Notes: generated from the letters alone by a model not told the origin. Positions 8,950 through 19,908 are shown, counted from the first letter of the stretch. The stretch is DNA of 64,000 nucleotides from an uncultured Lachnospiraceae bacterium (GCA_964631375.1 CAZVYQ010000004.1:12910-76909); one strand, 5' to 3'. A program made the numbers and translations.

Positions 8950-10226
8950 ACTTTTCACAGGCACAGATTGGATTATTGCTGACAGAGTGGATCTTTATCT
9001 ATTGTGTATACAGAGGCATGGGTGTCTTCTTTGACCAGAAGCTCTGTGAAAACAGGAAGCGGGAGATCCTTTCTTATATCATCTTTGCAGTGATTAACAG
9101 CATTACGTTTATGTTTTTCTTTTATCCATTGCTCGTGATGAGTGTTTCGACGATTATGTTCTATCTGTTGACATTAAACTATCAGGGAAGTGTCAAGAGA
9201 CGAATTGGTGCGACGATCACAATCACTGCAAATATATCAATCGCAGAGGCCCTGGCTGTTGTTATGGTCAGAGATCTGCCGGGTCTCTTTCAAAAGTATG
9301 ATCCGGACTGTTCTTTTTTGATTGCACTCTTATCCAGAGGACTGGCTCTTTTGATCATTATCTACGTAGAGAGACTGCAGAATCTGAAGAAAAGAATAGA
9401 AGTACCCATGTTTCGCTGGCTGATCATCGTATTTGTTCCGATTTTAAGTGTGGGACTGCTGATTTGGATGTCTTTGCTGGGTGTAGAACGTGCCTTTTGT
9501 AACACGTGTTTTGTCATTTTGCTTATGATCAACGGACTTAGTCTCTTTCTATATAATAACTTGATTGCGATTCAGGAAAAGGCTGAACAGTCCATCATCG
9601 TCGATATGGAGAATCATTCCTACAAGAAGCAGTTGGAGATCATGCAGGAATATGTCAATGTGAACAGAATGCTACGGCATGATGTAAAGAACCATGTCAT
9701 TGCCCTGCAGGGACTGTTGGAGCAGGGGCAGGAGGAAGATGCACTGGAATATCTGAGAAAGGCTGCAGAAGTTTATGGATTGTATGAAAACAAGGTCAAT
9801 ACAGGAAATGTAGAACTGGATAGTCTCTTTAATTATAAACTGAGTCAGACAGACAAACTGCATATCACGGTTGAACTCAAACTGGAGGTGCCGGAACAGT
9901 GCATGGTGCATAATTTTGATCTGTCTATTATCATCGGCAATCTCTTGGACAATGCCATGGAGGCATTGGAGAAGCTGCCGGAGGAGAAGCGAAAACTGAA
10001 GCTGGAGATTCGTTACAGTAAGGGACGCATGTTCATTTACAGTGCCAATCCGTATTGCGGAGAGATTCGTAGAGAAAAGGGACGTATTGTAACGAGTAAA
10101 CCGGATGCAGCACTACATGGTGTGGGCTTAAGGAGCGTAGAAACCGTCATTCAAAAGTATCATGGAGAGATGGAGATCAATACAAAGGATGCGGTGTTCT
10201 TGGTGCAAATCATCCTATATACCTAA
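8946..10226 (+). CDS. AgrC/LytS-like GHKL sensor histidine kinase
   Basis: Six or so N-terminal TM helices. H-box MLRHDVKNH. N-box IIGNLLDNAME. G-box HGVGLRSV. 4-nt overlap with the response regulator gene. Confidence 0.75.
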   Translation: MNFSQAQIGLLLTEWIFIYCVYRGMGVFFDQKLCENRKREILSYIIFAVINSITFMFFFYPLLVMSVSTIMFYLLTLNYQGSVKRRIGATITITANISIAEALAVVMVRDLPGLFQKYDPDCSFLIALLSRGLALLIIIYVERLQNLKKRIEVPMFRWLIIVFVPILSVGLLIWMSLLGVERAFCNTCFVILLMINGLSLFLYNNLIAIQEKAEQSIIVDMENHSYKKQLEIMQEYVNVNRMLRHDVKNHVIALQGLLEQGQEEDALEYLRKAAEVYGLYENKVNTGNVELDSLFNYKLSQTDKLHITVELKLEVPEQCMVHNFDLSIIIGNLLDNAMEALEKLPEEKRKLKLEIRYSKGRMFIYSANPYCGEIRREKGRIVTSKPDAALHGVGLRSVETVIQKYHGEMEINTKDAVFLVQIILYT

Positions 10227-10337
10227 ACCGGCATGAATAGGATGGTATAAAATACTGGAAATATGCAGACATTCCATGTATAATGTTAGGGTGGCTTTGC
10301 GTGCTACGATCAAACATACGGAAAGGTGGTTTACGTT

Positions 10338-11528
10338 ATGGGAAGAAATGTAGGAACTGTATCAAGGGGAATTCGTTGTCCAATCATCCGCGAGGGCGAT
10401 GATCTGGTTGACATCGTTACGGAATGTGTTATGGAAGCTGCTCAGAGTGATGGATTTGAGGTACGTGATAGAGATATCGTGGCAATTACGGAATCAATCG
10501 TAGCTCGTTCGCAGGGCAATTATGCAGGAATCGAAGCAATTGCTGCAGATGTCCGCAATAAATTAGGTGGAGAGACCATCGGGGTCATCTTCCCGATTTT
10601 ATCAAGGAATCGATTTGCTATTTGTCTCAAGGGTATTGCAATGGGGGCTAAGAAGGTTATTTTGATGTTGAGTTACCCAAGCGATGAGGTCGGTAATGAA
10701 CTGGTTTCAGTAGATCAATTGGATGCAGCAGGTGTCAATCCCTACAGCGATGTATTAACACTTGAGAAGTACAGAGAATTATTCGGTTATCACAAACATC
10801 CGTTTACCGGTGTGGATTATGTGGAATACTACTCAGATCTGATCCAGGAGACAGGGGCTGAGGTGGAAATCATCTTTTCCAATCAGGCAACAAGTATTCT
10901 TGATTATACAAAAAATGTGCTGAATTGTGATATTCACACGAGAGCACGTACAAAGAAATTACTGGTGGCAGCAGGTGCCCAAAAGGTTTATGGCCTGGAT
11001 GATATCCTGAATGCTTCGATAGATGGCAGTGGTTATAATGAATCCTTTGGATTGCTTGGCTCCAATAAATCAACAGAAAGTTCCATCAAGCTGTTCCCTC
11101 GTGACTGTTCTGCTTTGGTAGCGGATATTCAGGCAAGATTTAGACAGTTGACAGGAAAACGTGTTGAGGTCATGGTTTATGGAGATGGAGCATTTAAGGA
11201 TCCGGTCGGAAAGATATGGGAGCTTGCAGACCCGTGTGTCTCACCGGCATATACTGCTGGATTGGAAGGGACTCCAAATGAGCTGAAATTAAAGTATCTG
11301 GCAGATAATGATTTCAAGAATCTGTCGGGAGATGCTCTCAAGGAGGCTATTTCAGAAAGCATCCGTAACAAGGATGGTAACCTTGTCGGCAATATGGCTT
11401 CACAGGGTACGACACCGAGACAGTTGACGGATCTGATCGGTTCCTTATGCGATCTGACCAGCGGCTCTGGTGACAAAGGAACTCCTGTTGTATTTATTCA
11501 AGGGTATTTTGATAATTATACAAATTAA
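10338..11528 (+). CDS. CofE-like (F420-0:gamma-glutamyl ligase family) domain protein
   Basis: The N-terminal pattern GIRCPIIREGDDLVDIV...VAITESIVARSQG resembles the F420_ligase fold family. This is recognition by memory only. Confidence 0.45.
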   Translation: MGRNVGTVSRGIRCPIIREGDDLVDIVTECVMEAAQSDGFEVRDRDIVAITESIVARSQGNYAGIEAIAADVRNKLGGETIGVIFPILSRNRFAICLKGIAMGAKKVILMLSYPSDEVGNELVSVDQLDAAGVNPYSDVLTLEKYRELFGYHKHPFTGVDYVEYYSDLIQETGAEVEIIFSNQATSILDYTKNVLNCDIHTRARTKKLLVAAGAQKVYGLDDILNASIDGSGYNESFGLLGSNKSTESSIKLFPRDCSALVADIQARFRQLTGKRVEVMVYGDGAFKDPVGKIWELADPCVSPAYTAGLEGTPNELKLKYLADNDFKNLSGDALKEAISESIRNKDGNLVGNMASQGTTPRQLTDLIGSLCDLTSGSGDKGTPVVFIQGYFDNYTN

Positions 11529-11571
11529 TCAGTTCTGGCTTTGAGCAAACGAGACAGAAGGGAGTCATTTC

Positions 11572-12972
11572 ATGCAGTGGAAAGAATTGCTATGTGCAGA
11601 TCGTGAGAGAAATCCGCGTCCGAATCCGAATTCTAGTGATCTGCGTACAGAATTTGAAAAGGATTATCATAGGATCATCGGAAGTGCTTCCTTTCGAAGA
11701 CTACAGGATAAGACACAGGTGTTTCCACTTGATCGCAGTGATTTTATCCGTACCAGGCTAACGCATTCGCTGGAGGTTTCTTCGTTTGCAAAATCTCTGG
11801 GACAGAATATATCAGAGATGTTAATCAAGGAGAAGCTTGACGAGACATTTTTGCCCTCCTATAAACAGGATGTTTGTGATATCCTGCAGTGTGCCGGATT
11901 ATTACATGATATCGGAAATCCACCCTTTGGACATTTCGGAGAGACAGCGATCAGAGAGTGGTTTAAAAAGAATCTTCCTCTGATACAGTATCATGGGCAA
12001 CCTGTTTCTGAAGTTCTGACAGAGCAGATGAGAGAGGACTTTTATCATTTTGAAGGTAATACACAGGCACTCCGTGTGGTGACAAAGCTACACTATCTGG
12101 TAGATGAGCATGGTATGAATCTGACCAAGGGACTACTCGGAACGATCATCAAGTATCCGATTGCTTCCAATCAGATTCATGTGAAAACCTATAAAAAGAT
12201 GGGATATTATTATGCAGACAGAGATGTCTTCCATGATATCGAGGAAGCAACCGGAGCCGGGGGATGTCGACATCCGCTGACTTTTCTGCTGGAAGCGGCT
12301 GATGATATTGCATATAAAACGGCAGATATTGAGGATGCCTTTAAAAAGGGATGTCTCTCCTTTGAAAAACTGTTATGGGAGTTAAATGAGAAGAAGGCAG
12401 AGGAGACAGCAGACGAGGCATATGTACAGATGGTCAATGATCTGGAGAAACGTTATCAAAGGGCATTGGAGCGACACATTGACAGTCCGGAGATTTATGC
12501 CCTGCAGAACTGGATTGTGCGCGTACAGGGTCGGATGATCCAGTGTGCGACACACGGATTTAGAGAGCATTACCGCGAGATCATGGACGGAACCTATGCA
12601 GATGATCTGTTTACAGGAACAGAGGGCGCACTGATGATGGATGTGCTGGGTGATGTTGCATATCGTTATGCGTTTATTTCCAAGCCGATCCTGAAGCTTG
12701 AGATTGCAGCTGACAGTGTGTTTAAATTTCTGCTGGAGCGTTTTGTGGATGCTGTGATTTATTATGATACTGAGACAAAGCTGAATGATGTACAGGAGAA
12801 ATTGATCTCACTGATTTCAGAGAATTATAAGACGATTTACAAGATTTATTCCAAGGATAAAAATGATACTGAGAAGTTGTATCTGCGTCTGCTGCTTGTC
12901 ACAGATTCTATCTGCGGTATGACAGATTCATATGCAAAATCACTGTATCAGGAATTGAATGGGATTGCATAG
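11572..12972 (+). CDS. dgt: dGTPase-family HD-domain triphosphohydrolase
   Basis: FEKDYHRII, SFRRLQDKTQVF, RLTHSLEV, HDIGNPPFGH. Confidence 0.85.
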   Translation: MQWKELLCADRERNPRPNPNSSDLRTEFEKDYHRIIGSASFRRLQDKTQVFPLDRSDFIRTRLTHSLEVSSFAKSLGQNISEMLIKEKLDETFLPSYKQDVCDILQCAGLLHDIGNPPFGHFGETAIREWFKKNLPLIQYHGQPVSEVLTEQMREDFYHFEGNTQALRVVTKLHYLVDEHGMNLTKGLLGTIIKYPIASNQIHVKTYKKMGYYYADRDVFHDIEEATGAGGCRHPLTFLLEAADDIAYKTADIEDAFKKGCLSFEKLLWELNEKKAEETADEAYVQMVNDLEKRYQRALERHIDSPEIYALQNWIVRVQGRMIQCATHGFREHYREIMDGTYADDLFTGTEGALMMDVLGDVAYRYAFISKPILKLEIAADSVFKFLLERFVDAVIYYDTETKLNDVQEKLISLISENYKTIYKIYSKDKNDTEKLYLRLLLVTDSICGMTDSYAKSLYQELNGIA

Positions 12973-12992
12973 AAACTAAGAGAGGAATTTAT

Positions 12993-13763
12993 ATGTCAGC
13001 AACCGTAATAAAATTAATTGCGCTGGCTCTTATGCTACTTGATCATATTGCAGAATTTATCCCCGGAACAGGGATATTTTTTCATCATTTAGGAAGATTG
13101 TCATTTCCGATCTTCCTTTATTGTATGTTGTGGAGTCTTCATTATACACATGATCGGATACAGTATTTTAAAAGACTGTATCTGTTCGGAGTCATTATGG
13201 CGATCATGGATCTGATTCTGAACAATGTAGTGACGAATCCATACGCACACATTACAAATAACATTATGATTCCATTGCTGTTAACAGGCGTAATGATTCA
13301 TATCATAGAGCTTCTTCAAAGTGCACCTAAAGAGGGCAGAAAGTGGTTGTTTGGATTTCTGATTCTGCAGACTGTTTCCATCATATTGTGTATATTGTGT
13401 AGCGGCATATTTGGTTTATGGGGAGTACCGGCATTGATTGCGGCGATCCTGCCCAATGTTGTTTGGTGTGAGGGAGGTCCGTTTTTCATTGTGATGGGTA
13501 TTGTGTGCTATTTTCTGAAGGAGAATCGATGGAAACTGTCAACAGCATATATCTTGTTTTCACTTTTCTTTCTCTTGCAGTCGGCACCAGGGTTTCGATA
13601 TGAGGATATTATGTGGCACAATTATCAGTGGATGCAGGTGTTTGCACTACCATTTTGGTGGATTTATAACGGCAAACGGGGCCCAAAGCTCAAGTATTTC
13701 TTCTATATATTTTACCCGGTACACATCGCAGTGTTGTATGTGGCGGGAAATTTGATGAAGTGA
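12993..13763 (+). CDS. TraX-family membrane protein
   Basis: N-terminal IKLIALALMLLDHIA motif and a multi-TM profile. Confidence 0.6.
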   Translation: MSATVIKLIALALMLLDHIAEFIPGTGIFFHHLGRLSFPIFLYCMLWSLHYTHDRIQYFKRLYLFGVIMAIMDLILNNVVTNPYAHITNNIMIPLLLTGVMIHIIELLQSAPKEGRKWLFGFLILQTVSIILCILCSGIFGLWGVPALIAAILPNVVWCEGGPFFIVMGIVCYFLKENRWKLSTAYILFSLFFLLQSAPGFRYEDIMWHNYQWMQVFALPFWWIYNGKRGPKLKYFFYIFYPVHIAVLYVAGNLMK

Positions 13764-13844
13764 AGCGACAGGATTTAGATTTAGTTTGCTATATTGCAGT
13801 TTCTGTGTTATGATGGGCAGGTTGTTTTGAGAAGAGGAGAAAGA

Positions 13845-15497
13845 ATGAGATTTGAAGAATTAAGTGTAGTAAGAGCAGGAGCCGAGGAGGCAATGCCATT
13901 AGATGACAGAATCCTGCGTGCAGTCAAGGAAATGGGATTTGAAGAGATGTCACCGATCCAGGCTAAGGCGATCCCGGCAGTAATGGAAGGCAAGGACATC
14001 ATCGGACAGGCACAGACGGGAACCGGCAAGACGGCAGCATTCGGAATTCCGATGCTTGAGATGGTCAATCCTAAGGATAAGGCTGTACAGGTAATCGTAC
14101 TTTGCCCAACGAGAGAGCTGGCAATTCAGGTAGCAGATGAAATCAGAAATCTGGCAAAATTTATGCATGGAGTCAAGGTGTTACCTATCTATGGCGGTCA
14201 GGAGATTGTGAAGCAGATTAAGTCTCTAAAAACCGGCGTGCAGATCATGGTGGGAACTCCGGGACGTGTGATGGATCATATGAGACGTAAGACCGTGAAA
14301 TTTGGCGATGTGAAAATGGTCGTACTGGATGAAGCAGATGAGATGCTTAACATGGGCTTTCGTGAGGATATCGAGACCATCCTGACCGATGTACCAAAGG
14401 AGCGACAGACCGTTCTGTTTTCGGCTACAATGCCGAAGCCGATTGTAGAGATTGCAAAGACGCATCAAAAGAATGCTGAGACCATCAAGGTGGTACGCAA
14501 GGAATTGACCGTCGAGAACATCGAACAGTATTACTTTGATGTAAGACCGAAGAATAAAGATGAAGTATTATCGCGACTGATTGATATATACAATCCACAG
14601 CTTTCTGTTGTATTTTGCAACACCAAGCGTAAGGTGGATGAACTGACAGAGATGTTAAAGGGTCGCGGATATTTTGCCGAAGGGTTACATGGTGATCTTG
14701 TTCAGAAACAGAGAGACCGCGTCATGAACAGCTTCCGTAACGGCAAGACCGAGATCTTGGTTGCTACAGATGTGGCGGCCAGAGGAATTGATGTTGATAA
14801 TGTAGACATTGTATTTAATTATGATCTGCCACAGGATGATGAATATTATGTACATCGTATCGGCAGAACCGGACGTGCCGGCAAGACAGGCCTTGCACTG
14901 AGCTTTGTATCAGGCAAGGAGGTTTATAAATTAAAGGATATCGAACGCTTCTGCAAGACGAAGATCAAGGCAAAGCCGATCCCGTCTGCAAATGATATCC
15001 GTAACACGAAGATCGATCATACATTTTCTGAAGTAGAGGCAGTGATTGAGGAAGGTCATTTGACAGAGATGCTGAATCTCGTAGAACAGCGTGTCAATGA
15101 AGGTGACTATACGGCAATGGATATCGCGGCAGCATTCCTGAAGATGTATCTGGGTGATGATGAAGTCGTGGCAAGAGAAAGTACAGAGGCTGATTTCGGA
15201 CGAGGAAACGGACGCAAGAACAATGATTACGACTACGGTGATACCGGAGCAGAAGAAGGAATGGTCAGACTGTTTATGAACATTGGCAAGAAGCAGGGCG
15301 TACGCGCTTCTAATATCGTCGGTGCCATTGCAGGAGAGAGCGGAATTCCCGGTAACCTCATCGGCGCAATTGATATGTTTGACAGTTATACCTTCGTAGA
15401 GGTGCCACGTGAATACACTCGTGAGGTGCTACAGGCAATGAAAAATGTCAAGATTAAGGGCAAGACGATTGCTATTGAACCTGCGAACCGAAAATAA
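13845..15497 (+). CDS. DEAD-box RNA helicase with a DbpA-type C-terminal RNA-binding domain
   Basis: AQTGTGKT, DEAD, SAT and HRIGRTGR motifs. GGAGA RBS before the ATG at 13845. Confidence 0.9.
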   Translation: MRFEELSVVRAGAEEAMPLDDRILRAVKEMGFEEMSPIQAKAIPAVMEGKDIIGQAQTGTGKTAAFGIPMLEMVNPKDKAVQVIVLCPTRELAIQVADEIRNLAKFMHGVKVLPIYGGQEIVKQIKSLKTGVQIMVGTPGRVMDHMRRKTVKFGDVKMVVLDEADEMLNMGFREDIETILTDVPKERQTVLFSATMPKPIVEIAKTHQKNAETIKVVRKELTVENIEQYYFDVRPKNKDEVLSRLIDIYNPQLSVVFCNTKRKVDELTEMLKGRGYFAEGLHGDLVQKQRDRVMNSFRNGKTEILVATDVAARGIDVDNVDIVFNYDLPQDDEYYVHRIGRTGRAGKTGLALSFVSGKEVYKLKDIERFCKTKIKAKPIPSANDIRNTKIDHTFSEVEAVIEEGHLTEMLNLVEQRVNEGDYTAMDIAAAFLKMYLGDDEVVARESTEADFGRGNGRKNNDYDYGDTGAEEGMVRLFMNIGKKQGVRASNIVGAIAGESGIPGNLIGAIDMFDSYTFVEVPREYTREVLQAMKNVKIKGKTIAIEPANRK

Positions 15498-15536
15498 AAC
15501 AAACTTTTCAATAGAAATCTAGTATGATAGAATACA

Positions 15537-15575
15537 AGACAGGACTTAATTCATTAGGTTCTGTCTTTTGTTTTC
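15537..15575 (+). terminator. Terminator after the helicase gene
   Basis: aagacaggac / gttctgtctt hairpin followed by ttttgtttt. Confidence 0.55.
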
Positions 15576-15594
15576 AAAAACTGGAGGCGTAAAC

Positions 15595-17706
15595 ATGGGG
15601 GCAATTCTCATTGACATATTCATCTGGTGGCTGATACTGCTGCTCATTGGAGTGATCCTACTGCCGATTGGTGTGCGTATCTTTTCTTCTTTTCAGGATA
15701 AGGGTTATTTATTTACAAAGGTATTGGGTCTGGCAGTTCTGTCATATCTTGTGTTTGTGTTAGCAAATATGAGGCTGCTTCCGTTTCATCGTTTTACCAT
15801 TCTGCTCATGGCAGCAGTGGTTATGATCGCTGAGTGTGTTTGGCTGCTTTGCTCGAGGCAGGCAGCACTGCGTTTTGGAGAGACTTTGAGAAATCGCAAT
15901 TTTTGGGTACATGTAGCGATTGAGGAAGTTGTGTTTATGCTGACATTGCTCGTATGGGCGTATTTACGCAGCAGAACGCCAGCACTGGATCATACGGAAA
16001 TGTTCATGGATCATGGTTTTGTGAAGAGCATCCTCAATGCAGACTATCTGCCTGCAGCAGATATGTGGTATGCAGGTGGGACGATTAATTATTATTACTA
16101 CGGGCAGTATGTGACTGCCTTTTTATGCAGACTCTCAGGCAGGAGCTCAGGCGTCGGCTATAATCTCATGATGGCGACACTCTTTGCCCTGACATTTGTA
16201 TTATCTTTTTCAATTGCATATCAGTTACTTTGTATGAAACAAGAAATCAGACGTAGCTTTGCAGTCATCGGAGGTATATTATCGGCATTGGTGGTTACAT
16301 TATCGGGCAATGCACATGCATTCCTGTATGCGATCATTTTTCCGCTATTAAACAGACTGGGACTGATGGAGTATTCCTTTGGACATGATATTGATCGCTA
16401 TTGGTATCCGGATGCAACCAGATACATTCATTGTTTTGAAGGTAGTACGGATGGAACGATCACAGAGTTCCCGCTTTACTCCTTCGTCCTGTCGGATCTG
16501 CATGCACATGTGGTGGATATTGTGTTTGTCCTGTTGTTTTTAGCTCTGTTGATTCAGTTTATCAGTACAACGGGAGAACAAAAACAGAAACTAACGGAAT
16601 GGTTGAAAAGCATGGCTCCAATGCTCCTATTACTTGGCCTACTGCTGGGTATTATGGCGATGACAAATTATTGGGATTTTGCGATCTATATGGTGGTGTT
16701 TGTGTTTTTCGCAATGTATCAGGCGTGGAAACGTTACAGGTCGTGGAAGCAGCCTGCTTTGTATATGGATGCAGCACTATTGATCGTTTGTGTTTTTTTA
16801 CTTGGCAAGCTTGTCATGCTGCCGTTTACACTTTCGTTTGAACAGATTCATGTAGGACTGGCTTTTGCCAAAGATCATTCACCAATCAACGAGTATTTGG
16901 TCTTATGGGGGATTCCACTTGCGTGGGTGATTCTGTTTGGTAGCTATGTGTATCACAGATGGAAGCAGGGAGAACTAAAACCGGCAGATATCATCGTAGG
17001 GATTTATAGCATTTGTGCAGTAGGCCTGATCGCAGCACCGGAGGTTCTCTATATTGAGGACATTTATTCCAATGCACCGCGTTGCAATACAATGTTCAAG
17101 TTTACCTATGAAGCATTTATTCTGTTTGGATTGATCACTGGTTACATTATGGTAAATACATTATGTAAATGTAAAAATGTATTGGGTAATATTCTTCTCA
17201 TCGTCCTTCTATTACTTCCTCCATTTTGCTACCCATACTATGCAATCCACGAAGTCTACTTTACAGGTGAAAATGCTAAGGCCTTGGACGGACTTGCATA
17301 TATTGCAAAGAAGGATGCAAAAGAATATACCGCAATCGAATGGATTGATGAGAATGTGGCAAAAGACGCTGTGATTCTTGAGGTCAATGCATTAAGCTAT
17401 ACAGAGGGTGATCGGCTCTCTATGGCAACCGGCAGACCAACTGTACAGGGCTGGTGGACACATGAGATGCTCTGGCGTAACCTGAGCTCAGATGATTTAA
17501 ATGTAAGAATTGCTGATATCCGTGAGATCTATGAGGGAATGGAACTAATGAAAACAGAAGAACTGATTGAACAGTATGGGATTGATTATATTTATATTGG
17601 AACACGCGAATGTGAAGCATTTCCCGAGTTACAGTCAGACAAACTTAAGGAATTATCGGATATGATCTATGATTTTGATGGAACACTATTACTGCATATG
17701 AGATAA
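15595..17706 (+). CDS. DUF2298 / YYY-motif large integral membrane protein (GT-C-like)
   Basis: INYYYYGQY motif. About 15 TM helices plus a C-terminal soluble domain. GGAGG lies 7 nt before the ATG at 15595. Confidence 0.6.
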   Translation: MGAILIDIFIWWLILLLIGVILLPIGVRIFSSFQDKGYLFTKVLGLAVLSYLVFVLANMRLLPFHRFTILLMAAVVMIAECVWLLCSRQAALRFGETLRNRNFWVHVAIEEVVFMLTLLVWAYLRSRTPALDHTEMFMDHGFVKSILNADYLPAADMWYAGGTINYYYYGQYVTAFLCRLSGRSSGVGYNLMMATLFALTFVLSFSIAYQLLCMKQEIRRSFAVIGGILSALVVTLSGNAHAFLYAIIFPLLNRLGLMEYSFGHDIDRYWYPDATRYIHCFEGSTDGTITEFPLYSFVLSDLHAHVVDIVFVLLFLALLIQFISTTGEQKQKLTEWLKSMAPMLLLLGLLLGIMAMTNYWDFAIYMVVFVFFAMYQAWKRYRSWKQPALYMDAALLIVCVFLLGKLVMLPFTLSFEQIHVGLAFAKDHSPINEYLVLWGIPLAWVILFGSYVYHRWKQGELKPADIIVGIYSICAVGLIAAPEVLYIEDIYSNAPRCNTMFKFTYEAFILFGLITGYIMVNTLCKCKNVLGNILLIVLLLLPPFCYPYYAIHEVYFTGENAKALDGLAYIAKKDAKEYTAIEWIDENVAKDAVILEVNALSYTEGDRLSMATGRPTVQGWWTHEMLWRNLSSDDLNVRIADIREIYEGMELMKTEELIEQYGIDYIYIGTRECEAFPELQSDKLKELSDMIYDFDGTLLLHMR

Positions 17707-17721
17707 TTATAAGAGAATCGG

Positions 17722-19065
17722 TTATTGCACCGATTCTCTTTCTTTCTCTGTATATACATCGCTTTTTAGAAGTTTGTAGATTAAGGGAATCACCATTAAA
17801 ACCCATACAATGGGTTCAGAGATGATAATACCGAAGTACTTCAAGGTAGGCGCTAAGAACAGTACAGTAAAGAGCTTGCCCAGCATTTCAATACAACTGG
17901 AAATGATAGGAGTCACATGATCTCCGATGCCCTGCAATGCATTGCGACAGACTGTGATTACAGCTGGAACAAAGTATAGTAATGTGTTGACACGCAGATA
18001 AAGAACAGCCGTTTCAATGATTTCTGCCTTTTCAGTAGAGGTTATGAGACGGATCATGATAGGTGCAAGCGTATAGGTCATCAGAATTACAAGAACTGTC
18101 CAAATCCATGCAAAGAATACACACTTTTTGATTCCTTCACGAATACGACTGAAATTGTGTGCGCCATAGTTTTGACCGCAATAGGAGGCACTGGTCATAC
18201 TGAATACTGAGAAGGGTATCATAAAGAAGTGCGTGATCTTGCGTGCAGCATAATGAGCGACTATGATATTGGAGTTGAACAGATTGATCGCCCCCTGCAG
18301 AATGAGCGTTCCCAACATCACAAGTGAATTCATCAATCCCATAGAGAGACCGCTCATCCAGAGTTCGCGGGTCATTTCGGTATTGAGACGGAAACTGGAT
18401 GTGGATAGTCTGAGAACAGGGTATTTCTTTAATATATAGGCTGCACAAAGCAGTGCAGATATTAATTGTGAGATGACAGTTGCAATTGAGGCACCGGAGA
18501 TACCCATACGCAGACCGGCAACCATCAGAAAGTCCAGCCCGATATTGAGCAATGCCGAAATAATCAGGAAGAGCAGGGGTGCAACGGTATCGCCAAGGGC
18601 ACGCAGTGTAGCAGAAAATACATTATAAAGCATGGCGGTGAACATACCAAGTAATATGATCCTGATATATGCAGTTGCAGCAATGGTATGTGCAGGCTGC
18701 ACGTTGACAATTCTTAAAAACTGGGGCAAAAATACCACTGAGATCACTGTGAAAACAAGTGATGTCAGTGTTCCAAACAGAAGAGAACCACCAAAGGAAC
18801 GATTGACCTCACGATCTTCCTTTGCTCCGAACCAGTATGCAGTAATGACACCGAATCCATTGGTTAGCCCGATTAGAAAACCGACGATCATGTCTGCGAG
18901 TGGGGTAACGGAACCGACTGCTGCCAGTGCTTCATCACCGAGGACCATTCCGATGATCCATGTGTCTGTCAGAGAATAGCACAGCTGAAACAACTGTCCT
19001 AAAAAGATTGGCAGTGCAAAACGCAGAATTACTTTTCCCGGAGCACCGGTTGTCAGATCTTTCAT
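17722..19065 (-). CDS. MATE-family efflux transporter
   Basis: Twelve-TM profile. N-terminal ILRFALPIFLGQLFQ...YSLTDTWIIG. Start set at the ATG (MKDL) 9 nt after GGAGAGG. Confidence 0.85.
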   Translation of the reverse strand: MKDLTTGAPGKVILRFALPIFLGQLFQLCYSLTDTWIIGMVLGDEALAAVGSVTPLADMIVGFLIGLTNGFGVITAYWFGAKEDREVNRSFGGSLLFGTLTSLVFTVISVVFLPQFLRIVNVQPAHTIAATAYIRIILLGMFTAMLYNVFSATLRALGDTVAPLLFLIISALLNIGLDFLMVAGLRMGISGASIATVISQLISALLCAAYILKKYPVLRLSTSSFRLNTEMTRELWMSGLSMGLMNSLVMLGTLILQGAINLFNSNIIVAHYAARKITHFFMIPFSVFSMTSASYCGQNYGAHNFSRIREGIKKCVFFAWIWTVLVILMTYTLAPIMIRLITSTEKAEIIETAVLYLRVNTLLYFVPAVITVCRNALQGIGDHVTPIISSCIEMLGKLFTVLFLAPTLKYFGIIISEPIVWVLMVIPLIYKLLKSDVYTEKERESVQ

Positions 19066-19284
19066 ATCAGATGTCCTCTCCAATCTACTGAATTATGCTG
19101 TCTTAGCATTTGTATCATTCTAGCTCATTTTATTGCGAAAAGAAAGTAATGAATGCGAAATAATACGAAAACGATTAAGAAAAGATTGGATTTTGTCGAT
19201 ACATGTGGTATGATAATAAAGAAATTGGTTATAAGACTATATTAACCAACACAATCATATACATATCAAGAGGAGGGTAATATT

Positions 19285-19848
19285 ATGTTTTCACGTGTTG
19301 AATTAAAAGACGCTGCAAAGAAACAGATCAGCGGAAATATTGGAATGTTGTTTGTGGTAGGACTGATTGCAGGTCTGATTATCAGTGCTTCCGGCTTCAC
19401 TTTTATCGGACCACTTATCATATCAGGTCCGTTGATGTTGGGACTTTCCAGTATCTATCTGGCAGTTGCCCGCGAAGGTAAAAAGCCGACCATAGAAGAT
19501 CTGTTTAGTGGTTTTAATCAGTTTGGGCAGTCACTTGTTTTATATCTTTTAATTACGATTTTTGTTACTTTATGGACATTATTGCTGATCGTTCCGGGAA
19601 TTATTAAGGCTATTTCTTATTCACAGGCATTTTACATTTTATCAGATCATCCTGGGATGACTGCTTCTGAGGCACTCGATGAGAGCAAGAGAATTATGGA
19701 AGGACATAAGATGGATTACTTTGTACTGATGCTGTCCTTTATTCTCTGGATTCTATTAGGCAGTGTAACCTGCGGATTGGCCTATATCTATGTGGGACCT
19801 TATATGACAACCACTGGTGTTAATTTCTACGAAAAGATCAAAGGCTGA
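19285..19848 (+). CDS. DUF975-like membrane protein
   Basis: N-terminal LKDAAKKQISGN. Four TM segments. GGAGGG RBS. Confidence 0.5.
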   Translation: MFSRVELKDAAKKQISGNIGMLFVVGLIAGLIISASGFTFIGPLIISGPLMLGLSSIYLAVAREGKKPTIEDLFSGFNQFGQSLVLYLLITIFVTLWTLLLIVPGIIKAISYSQAFYILSDHPGMTASEALDESKRIMEGHKMDYFVLMLSFILWILLGSVTCGLAYIYVGPYMTTTGVNFYEKIKG

Positions 19849-19873
19849 TCAAATCAATCACTTAGGAATATGA

Positions 19874-19908
19874 AACAACGCGGATGGTAGACTCTGCGTT
19901 GTTTTTTT
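19874..19908 (+). terminator. Rho-independent terminator
   Basis: aacaacgc / gcgttgtt stem followed by ttttttt. Confidence 0.55.
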
